Shown here in pieces: positions 54,459 to 64,000 of a stretch of 64,000 nucleotides of DNA (the stretch's first letter is position 1; each line of letters opens with the position of its first letter). The notes beneath the pieces are model-generated. The model searched no databases, was not told the DNA's origin, and saw only the letters and a program-made list of their open reading frames with translations. Made by a program: the position numbers and the translations under genes. The DNA lies in NCBI GenBank assembly GCA_965644295.1, contig CBFFRP010000408.1, forward strand, positions 200,983-264,982, written 5' to 3'. This DNA is from Paraphysomonas bandaiensis. Lineage: Eukaryota > Protista > Chrysophyceae.

Positions 54459-57400
54459 ATGGACGACGGAACTATGAGAAACGATGCGACCAAAGCAGTT
54501 GATTTCTGGAAGAAATTCAATCTGGATGATAAGCGTCTGGTTCTGGACAAGCAGGTGAGAGAGCCGAGACGCGGTGCTGTTTATGAGTCTGACTGTGTGT
54601 TCAGTGTGTCGAAATGCGCGATGCGAAATCAAATTCAATCGCTGGTCGAAAGCGTCTGAATGAAGTCACGAGACAGTTCAGGTGATACGCTGCTGGTAGT
54701 TATGTATACGCATGTGCGGCTGGTCTCTGAAGTATGCGTATGACTCGCTGTTCATTTGGTTATAATTTTAGGGCAAAGAGTCGAGAAGAACAAGCCAACT
54801 CTATTCCTGACATTCTCAAATCTTACCAAGACGAGATTGACCAGCTATCCAGAAGGGCCAAAGCAAGTGAAGCCTCATTTTTTGCGCTGTACAAGGCTCT
54901 GTATGACGGACCCGACCCGGCTCCTATTATAGAGCACTTGTTGGCATCACAAACACAGGTATCCTACGTTTTCACACTTCTGAATCTGTAGATATCTACT
55001 TTGCGTCGGCACATACGAAATCATGTGTTCTCTTCGTTGCCATTTATATCTACACTGTAGAGCGCAACACAGCAGTTCGAGATTGAGCGCCTGAAAAGCG
55101 AGCTGTCACAGTACGATGCTGAGTTTCAGCAGCTAAAGAATCAGGATATAACCATTCGCAGGTACACGCTACACCGAGTTAGTTCAGTATATGCTCGGAC
55201 GTTTGAGGTCATGGGATTACGCATTGCCACTGTATGGAAACGTACATGCGTTCATGATTGTAAACATGTAGACTGGAAGACCAAATTGAAGACTTCAAAG
55301 AAAATATTGAAGAAAAAGTACGTACTCCATTGATAAGATCTACGCGAAGAAGCGTGTTGATCAATATATATGCGCAATTAAGTTGATATGCTATAATACA
55401 CAACATAGCAACATCTATGCAATTAGCGTTCCTCGAATATTGAACAGCGTGATCGCGAGTTGTCACTTTTGTTTTCACAGGTGGCGGAGGAAGTACGAAG
55501 GGTCACTGAGGAAGTGGAATCTGCATGCGAGGCGAGAGTGTGCGAGATCAGAGAGCATCAGAAGGCTGCTGAAAGGCGCTTGGCTGTTGCGCTGGAGAGC
55601 ACAAGGCAAGCACAAGAAGCTGCTGATCGCACCCAGAGCAGGCTGTTTGAAGTTTCTTCACAGGCTGAGTCTAGACTGAGTGCAATGCAGGCAAGATATG
55701 TTCTCTAATCTTTTTCTGTAGCTACTGCGTATTTGGCTTTGTAATACTGTTACTATAGCACTGTGTGCATTGATTAGGGATATATTTCTAGGTTGAGAAT
55801 ACTATTATCACGGAGACTTGTGAGCGCTTAAGATCTCATGTTGCGGAACTGGAAAATGAAATCTTGACGCTCAAATCCGCCCCTTCTTCTGGTCGCAATG
55901 CGCTTCCGTCGTCACAAGTCGACGATACTGGCCCTGATACACTTTCGGAGAAAGTTTCCGCTTTGAGCGATATTGTAGCGGACCTTCGTGATGAACTGAT
56001 TGTTAAAGAAGAGATGGTTATCACCGAAAGGAGGAAAGCTGAACAGGCAGTGAAAGATGTACAAAAGCGCCTCGAGGCGGCTCAGGCGGATTGTGCAAGG
56101 CTGAAGAGAGAACTGGCCAATCGTCCGATGAGAGAAGATGTAACCAATTTGAAAAGACAGCTGAGGGTACTTCAGAAGGTTATATTCAATGCCGAGGAGG
56201 ACGGGGATAGTGAAGAGCACGACGAGGTATTGCGAACACTCAGTTGCCATGACATGTGACTGTTCATTTTTATTTTTTGTAATCGTAACGGTATTTCCGC
56301 GATTAGGACACATCAGTTGAACCAGAGCTTACTCCCAGTCAAATCTCTACCGGTTCTCAGCAAATTAATAGGAAGGAGGATAAGGAGGATATTGAGAAGC
56401 TTGAGGTCGTATTAGTTGCACGTTTGCGAGTCTTAGAGAACGAACTTGTGGACGGCAGGGCAACTATCGACGGACTCAAAGCCAGTGAGGTGATACATGC
56501 ATGCAACAAGCAAATGTGTCTGTGTATATGGGCTTGAATTGGTTTGTCACTCTCGACCGTATAATGCTTGTTTGCTGTCAGAGTGCTCTGCGACGGAAAG
56601 CAGAGGGGCTGGAATCACAGTTACGGGAGAGTAAATCGCTGATTGCCCGTCTGGAGAGTGATTTGGAACACAACCTATCTGGCACTACCGATCGATCTCT
56701 GAGACCGACGGAAAGTGCTGCGCCAGGTGGAAGCAGTCTTGGGGCCCCGGATGAAGCGCTGTTGCGTCTACTGTCCACCGAGGACCCATCAGTTAGTGCA
56801 GGTAGTGCAATTCCCACGATGTATTGTTTCTCATTATGTTGAAGATATTATTCGTACCTCTACGAGGACTAATAACAGGCCGAATGACACTTCTGAGAAG
56901 TCAGGTCAGCAACAAATGATTGCTATCCTACAGGCACAGCGAGATCGGTACAAAGAGCGGCTTGAAAATGTAAAGAGATGTTGTGACTATCGTGTCTGCG
57001 TGTGCATTTGCACCGCTGTTGTACTGGTGTATGTGATTTCTTTTTCCAACAGGTGGAGTCGCTGTATCAATCTACGAAACAGAAGCTATCAGATTCCGAC
57101 TCAACAATTGAAAAACTTGAAGCGGATAACGTGGAGTTGTATACCAAACTCAAGTAATAGCACTAACTCTGTCATATGAACGAGTACAAAATGTCTGGAA
57201 TATCAGCAGCAGTGATCTGCTTTCTCTTATCATTGCTATACCATGTCGCATACCGTGCAAATATAATTATTCCGTGCTCTACTCAGGTTTATACAAAGCT
57301 CAAGTCCTCTAGACTCTCTTCACATGGCGGGGTCACTTTCTTCTCAGGTAATCTACTGATGCATGCTTGAAACGTATTGTACAAGTGTTTACTACTTAAG

Positions 57401-57879
57401 TATATGCGTTAATCTCAAGCGTCTACGCAATTTTATTTTTGGATAGAGGCGATCCCAACATTGGGATGTAGAATCTGGTCAGAACTCTAGCTTGCAACTG
57501 CGTTTTCAAAATAAATACGAAAGTAACATATCTCCTCTCGTGAAGGTAAGACCATCGCTTTATAATACTGCTTGTTATTTGAAACACCACAATGCAATTC
57601 AGTTGAATCAATTGGATCGCCAGAAAAGAGCTCAGGAACTTTCTGTGGCTGAGAAGATATTGCTCAATTCCACAGTAACTTGTGTGTCAACTAAAGTAGG
57701 ACGAAGGTAGGTCTAGCAGGGCACGTGCTATTCAACATCGGCTAACTGTGCACTTTGGTAGTGTTCTGGTAGTATATCTCGGGGCTATGCATTTGCTAGT
57801 GTTTGTTACCTTATATTTTGTCGCGCACCACCATTCCACCACCGGATGCGATTTCTCCGAGTCAGGCTCACACCCGTAG
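54459..57879 (+). CDS. CASP: Golgin CASP/Coy1 (CUX1 N-terminal-like)
   Basis: FWKKFNL...GRKRL...LKSYQDEIDQLSRRAKASEASFFALYKAL..PDPAP, LKNQDITIRRLE, ILQAQRDRYK, ADNVELYTK; C-terminal TM YLGAMHLLVFVTLY. Confidence 0.9.
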
Positions 57880-58032
57880 GGCTTATAGATCTTGATATTC
57901 GGTAGTCTATGAATTCAATTTTTGTTGTTGGCCACTTGTAAAGTATTCTGATATGTTACCTTTGTTATACATTGTGATATATCTTGTAATTATTGTTTAC
58001 TGAATTTCGTCATATTTGTCTGTTCGATTGGA

Positions 58033-58078
58033 ATTCGATTAGGGTTAGGGTTGGTTAGGTTTAGGGCAGGGATAGGGA
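58033..58078. repeat. Interstitial telomere-like TTAGGG tract
   Basis: ATTCGATTAGGGTTAGGGTTGGTTAGGTTTAGGGCAGGGATAGGG; related AACCCTAA motifs at about 2022, 18871 and 51581. Confidence 0.6.
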
Positions 58079-58531
58079 ACAATATATTGTAAAATATGTT
58101 GATTGGTGGACTGGTCAAATATTCCATCAATATGTGAGAAATTGACATTTCTAGTAATAAGACCTTGATAAACACTAGTAGTGAATGTCTGATTATTTAG
58201 CAATAGGCGTTGAGACCTTGCATCAATTAGTGGCTAGAAGAATGTTAAACACTTAAATGTGTTGAGATCTGAAGATTCTATATACTTGCAATTGAGTGCA
58301 GTATTATGTGAGATGCAAGGATCGAAAGATATATATGTAATTAGTACATTATATTGTGTAGTATGAAACTAAAGTAGAAGTGGATGACTATACAGGATAC
58401 GATCACTGAGTGTGTGGTTTGTACACTATAGTAGTAAATGAATGGTGTTGAACACATCGAACACAACTTAGGTTCTTTATCATGTAATATTTAGCAAATA
58501 ATGTCAACTTCTGTTATGGTAGCGAATGCTA

Positions 58532-59520
58532 GTTGCATACCGAGGAGATCCGGAGGTTCGTTCTCGAATGGAATTCCAAGTTCAGTTTGAGGATGGTTCG
58601 TTATTATGGCTTCCATGGTCACAGGATATCGCTTCCACCTCGCAATTTTAGTCGTTCTGTGAGCAGAAACCTCAATTGTTCCCTCTGTTGTTTTCTGCTC
58701 CTATGGCAAAATCTGAACGTGCACGTTTGAAACGTATACCTATCGAAGGGGTGTCACCTGGTCAAACAATTTATGTAGATTTGCGTGCATGGGGTTCAGA
58801 TTTCTATGATGAACTTAATCTGCCGAATTGTTATACAACGATGTATGTTGTCGAATGTTCTTATGTGCGGTGGGCTGGCTGTCGGCAGTTACGTATAGAC
58901 CTCTATTGCCCTTTGTTCCAATCTACATATGAATGGAGTGCCTATGACGTTCACTGCTATGGTCGAGTCACGGAATTTGATCCTTCTACTATGGTATTGG
59001 TGGATGCGGCATTCTGCCAACAATATCCTACTATTCTCCTCTAATTGTTGATTACTTCTATTTATTTAATATTTCATGATTATATCACATATATATTATA
59101 ACATTCATACTATTATTCATACTTATTATCATAATATTGCTCTACGTATGTTTATTACTTTTATTTCATGAATTGGATCTTTATTTGCTAATGCTTGGAA
59201 TGACGCTATATTGGCTGATACAAGTATTACTTCTATCTATCCCAGATATGTATTCCTATTTCTTTTCTCTAGCTGGAGGGAGAAGGGGTAGTGTCACGCA
59301 TACCTGTAGTTACTGTTATACGTGGAGTTATACTGTGTTATACTGTGGTACTCTAGGTAGCATGCTGTTGTACTTTCATTTTCAGTTTATTTAGTATACA
59401 TTGCGGTTACTGTATTCTTGAAGGGATATAAGTCCCGTATAACTACAAGTATGATACTGTAAACTGTAGATGATTCACAGTAATATAGAGTGTTCTATGA
59501 TTTCACTTTCTTTCTTTACA
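58532..59520 (+). mobile_element. 3' remnant of a Gypsy/chromovirus-like LTR retrotransposon (chromodomain-like region, PPT, 3' LTR)
   Basis: AYRGDPEVRSRMEFQVQFEDGSLLWLPWSQDI is chromodomain-like, with an in-frame TAG at 58649 and the frame continuing to 59044. Polypurine tract GGAGGGAGAAGGGG lies directly before TGTCAC (59292); putative LTR ends TTTACA (59520). Confidence 0.7.
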
Positions 59521-59769
59521 CGTTTTAACGTAATTTAACTCATTCTATACTCGCGGTTTGCTTGTGTTAGGAGGCAGTTTCACCGGTTTGGTGTTCTGGA
59601 CAGTGTATTCTCGGTTTGGGAAGCACTTTAAATTAATAAAACGTTGTAAACACGGTCTTTCTCATCAGAAAGATTACACGCACCCCCCCACATCAGTTCG
59701 ACAACCGGAGGCACATACGCATCCACTTTTAACAAGGCGCTCGGATCCCTCCCAACACACACGACTCTG

Positions 59770-60600
59770 TCCCCTCCACACTCTTCCCAACCCTCCCTAC
59801 CAAATCTACAACCTGACAGGTTGGTTGACTGAGGAAAAGCCGTGCAGCCTTCACAGCGGTCTGTCCACGGCCCTCGGTCATCACCTGGGCCCCTTACAAC
59901 CTCGTATTCCTCGAATCACTGAGGGGACTGCTGTGGACAATGACATGCTGTGCGGACCACTTAACAGTCTGTTCACAGCCCATGGCGTCGCCACACTGAC
60001 TCACCACTCCTTCTCACTTCTCCATGTTCACACCCTTACTGCTATTATACACATCACACACCTCCTACACACTAAGCCAGCACAGCAGTGGACAGTGGAG
60101 ACGTCATGCAGGATCAGCAAGAACCTGTCCATGGCCCATAGTCCGCCGCTGTATTTGGATCTACCCCAACACCCACAAACCCGCCCTCATCACACTCTCC
60201 ATACCTCTCCCCACCAAACCTACAACCTGACAGGCAGGTTGACTGAGGAAAAGCCGTGCGTGCAGCCTTCACAGAGGTCTGTCCACGGCCCTCCTCGGTC
60301 CCCACCTGTACTCCTCACAACCCCGTATCACTCGAATCAATAAGAGGACCGCTGTGGACATGCTGTGCGGACCACTTAACAGTCTGTTCACAGCCCATGG
60401 CGTTGCCACACAGACTTACCACCTCCTCTCATTTCTCCATGTTCACACCCTTACTGATATTCTACGCATCACACAACTACTCCTCCTCATCACATTCCTC
60501 TTACACTTAAATCCCCCTGAGCAGACGCAGTGGACTGTGGAGATGGCATGCAGGAACAGCATGAACCTGTTCATGGCCCATGGTCCAGCACCGCGATTTG
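59770..60600 (+). repeat. Two diverged ~415-bp tandem units upstream of and overlapping the start of the SET/OTU ORF
   Basis: ACCTGACAGG at 59811 and 60225; GGACCACTTAACAGTCTGTTCACAGCCCATGGCG at 59954 and 60369. Confidence 0.9.
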
Positions 60601-63600
60601 TGCACCCACACACACCTCTACCCACCACTAACACTACACAAATTCACCCCTTATATTCCACATCGAGTTCACATTTCCCGCTATACTCACACATGACCCA
60701 TCCCTCTGCCCTCCGCCAAGGCGTTGGCTTCAGCAGCGACACCAGCGGCGATGGCCCCAACAAGCCAAAATCCCAAGAAGTCAAAAGAAAGCAAAACGCC
60801 AAAAAGAAGGAACGGCGTAAACGGCTAAAACGGCTCTTCCTCCAAGGGGAGATCACGGACATCCCACAGCACCTTAAACGCCGGTGCCTTCGAGATCGGA
60901 GGAGGAGGCTTCAACATCACAGTCGGGTCTGGGAGGCCCACATCCAACACCACCTTCGCAAGAGAACGGCACCTGGACAAACGATTGCCCCAGCTGTGTT
61001 TAACATACTGGATCAACGACCTACCCAATGGCTGATGCGAACACGACAGCCACTAAGGCCCACCTCTGAATCTGCACACCCAGATGCAGTCGACTACTAT
61101 AGAACACACCCAAACGGCGACACCCGATTTCAAATCCTCCGCGGATATCAAAAACCCAATATCACCTGCGACAACTCTCAAAGAGGGGTATGGGCCGTGG
61201 AGAACATACCAACTGGCACACCACTCTTCCCCTACGTCGGGCACTACATCACTAGCACACCGTCAGCCAGCAAATACCTCCTTCAACTCCGCGAAGAAGA
61301 GAAATATATACAGGCGGAACCCGCCATGGTGGACTACGGATACGTCGCATTCCGAAAACCCAGTGACCCACTCCCCAAACGAATCCCCCGCGCATTTGGA
61401 GCCTGCTGCAATACCATCCCTGTGGAAGACCTCGGCACACGCGCATACAACGCCCGTATTCGTCCCCGGGATGAAAATGACCTCTCAGACTGCATATTCA
61501 TCGATGCCTGCGCAGACATCTACCCGCAGGACGAAATCCTTCTGGACTACGGTGACGGCCACCTCATCTCACGCACAAACAAGACACCAGACGAATGTCT
61601 TCGCGCCTACAGAGCGTACCTCCGCACGGCAGAGGCAACTGAAACCCACCCGCCGTCGATTCGACGCTCCCCTCGTCTGCGTACCACTCACAATCCTCGA
61701 CACCCACAAGGAAACACCACTACGAAGGCGTCGGCAGTGACCTCCAGAAAACAGCCAAGAGCCCACACTCCTCCCAAGGCAGCATTTGTCGACGACACCA
61801 CAGAACAATGGACCTTCTACTCTCCGTCTGGCCTCATTGCCATGACGCTATACCCCTCAGAGCTACAACGTCTACTTGAACTCTCCAGAGCGTCCGCCAC
61901 TCGCAGCACTATCAAAAATCTAGTTGCCACCTGCCTTAAGAAAGGAGAGATATGCACCGCTAGGAAATACACGACAGCTGAGGTTAACACCACCCCTGGT
62001 AACGGTTTCTGTGGGATAGGAGCACTAGGTCCACTCCTCCCGGAATACTCCACCATACACCCAACCCGACCCACTAAGGGACCACTGCTCGACCCTGACG
62101 ACCCCACAGACAACGAATACTTACAGGAGCTGCTCAACTACAGTCAGGCTGTGATTATATCCCTCCCAGACCCAATAGTCGAAGAGGTGGGAGACAGGGC
62201 AGTTATCGCCTTCCTGCTTGAGTTAATCAACGCATACCGCATAGCTCTCTCCGCAGACTCGCCCACAGCGAAAGGGCTCCCAACCCAATACTGGGCTCAA
62301 ACTGACGCCCTCATACTCATGGCCGAAACCCACGGTATTCACATCAGGATATGGCAGGACCCAACGCTCCCCACAGAGCCGGTGTTCCTCAACCCCAACT
62401 GGGCCACATGGGCGAACCACCATCGTACCTTCCTTCCAGATACCGAGCGCAAGACGCCAAAGGACATATTCTGCTGCAACCAACACTTCTTTCTCGACCT
62501 GAAGGAACCTGCAGAGAACGAACTACACCGTCTAATGGAACTCCTACCACACCTCTATGCTGACAGGCTTGCCCCCTCCCTCCCTTTAGCCCCAGCTCAT
62601 ACCCATCCTGCCCGAACTCAACAGGGGCCAGAATACGCGTCCGACAGCAGCGGCGACGGCCCGTCCACCCATCCGCATCTCCACAAACACCCACCGACGC
62701 AGAGCAAGGTGACGCACAATCCACCCAGACCACGCCAGTTTGGACCCGGCTACAGTAGTGACGACAGCGGCGATGGCCCGCGCAAGCGACGACCACGCAA
62801 ACCCCCTAACGCGCCTCAACCACCCATAACCCCAGGACACACTCACAAACCCGATGCCCACACCACGACACCCGCTCCAGACACCACACGGCAACCTCCC
62901 GGACGGCATCGTCACAGCCTGACGCTTGCTGACTATTTTCCGCCCATCCCGCCACCCAAGTCTGACGTCCGGAGCACACCCGCGGATCAACCAACAATCT
63001 CGCCCACAGAACAAACCCCGATCGAAAACACTCTTGACATTCCCCTATCCCAAGACCGGCCAACCCCATGTGTGTCACCATCCCCCCCGCCACTGCTACC
63101 CCAGCCCGCCTGGCGGGAAGCGCCTCCGTTCACCAGTTCACTTACCAACGCCTGGACCGCATACGACAACACACACCGAGTTGCAGTCTCCCTACGCGAA
63201 GACCTGCTACGCCACATCCACAACACCGTCATGGCAGGCACGACCGACTGGAGTCAGCTTCTTCAAATTATACACGAAGACGCAAACTACATCCAAGTCG
63301 CCAACTTCGACTGGGAGGCTGACTACAGAGCCACAATAGCACGCGGCCTAGACGCCCTTGCAACCACATACCAAATCCATACCGCTCCCTCGCCTGGACA
63401 CTACCCTAACGTGCCTCTACAAACCGCTGAAGATGCAAAAGCACTGCATAGGTTCATCGCCCACTTACAACGAATTTGCCTTGCATCCGGACAGGCTCAC
63501 ACAAGCCGACTGCTCCGCACCCTCCAATGCGCGCACAAGGCTCTAACCACCATGCCCCCGCAGCGATGCGCACTCTCTGCAGATCATCACTGACGTCCAG

Positions 63601-64000
63601 ACATTGCTCCAGCTTCTTCGTACCAACTTCCGACTATGGAAAGACACCCCAGGCTCCTTATCTAGTGGCTGGGTAATGCTACACAACCACCACAACCACG
63701 ACCCCAAGACTGTGACCACACACAACGTCGCTGTAACCAACAAACATTACTTCCTCCTACGAATACCGGACATCGGATCCAAGCTCGACGAGGCGCACTG
63801 CAGAGCCAAATCGGCACTCTCCCACTTCATCCATCACGCAGCACAGAGGACCCCACAGCCACACCCTAGAAAGGAGCATCAACCCCAAGTAGCCCTGCCA
63901 ACGTCCACGTCACTAACGATACCCGCAGGCCACCTCACCCTTAGCACCACACAGCGGGGTACCCGAGTCATAACCGCGCGCCTGGTCGAACCGGGCACCC
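60354..64000 (+). mobile_element. Intronless polyprotein of a probable mobile element: SET - OTU-like protease - degenerate OTU-like - probable second SET; truncated by window end
   Basis: 1079-aa ORF 60354-63593 (first ATG 60360), continuing in the +1 frame to 64000. SET motifs at 61179-61553; OTU-like Cys and His motifs at 61986-62495; strong C/A strand skew; adjacent to an LTR remnant. No RT, Rep/helicase or integrase is visible inside the window. Confidence 0.65.

Noticed and set aside
59811-59870. Hammerhead or SECIS in the leader repeat (CTGAGGA; TGA...AAA)
   Set aside because: No GAAA after a stem II, and the spacing does not fit the SECIS core.
59770-60600. CRISPR-like array
   Set aside because: Eukaryotic context, only two long diverged units, no identical short repeats with unique spacers, no cas genes.
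60443-63743. Many overlapping antisense and alternate-frame ORFs
   Set aside because: Expected shadows of a GC-rich, skewed long ORF; no recognisable motifs.

Overview
Eukaryotic nuclear DNA with short GT-AG introns (mostly about 50-100 nt). Axonemal genes (CFAP210-like, ARMC2-like) and general gene style suggest a flagellated protist, probably a stramenopile; this is inference. Bases 1-57.9 kb hold about 16 host genes: CFAP210-like, KH/WW RNA-binding protein, VPS2, NOXRED1-like, B12D/NDUFA4-like, Enhancer-of-polycomb, a coiled-coil protein, importin-5, a YHYH-domain secreted protein, an SLC35C2-like transporter, SEC15, SHQ1, RAB2, ARMC2, a sorting nexin, a beta-propeller-like protein and CASP. 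Twelve of these sit in six compact head-to-head pairs. The longer spacers hold transposon debris: hAT remnants, a 91-bp hAT MITE with an 8-bp TSD, and an unclassified repeat family. A small spliced Tudor-like/CHZ-like gene missed by the ORF track lies at 37.6-38.1 kb. From 58.5 kb there is the 3' end of a chromodomain-bearing LTR retrotransposon. The standout feature follows it: an intronless, C/A-skewed element running off the window end. It encodes a modular polyprotein with a SET domain, an OTU-like cysteine protease, a second Cys-less OTU-like copy (reached through a 1-nt frameshift) and probably the start of a second SET domain. Three copies of a protein-level-conserved motif, G-[VP]-[GE]-[FY]-[SA]-S-D-x-S-G-D-G-P, lie outside the folded domains and are a candidate non-canonical 2A/StopGo or processing signal. 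A tandemly duplicated, hairpin-rich leader precedes the ORF. All family calls come from motif recognition by eye, not from database searches.
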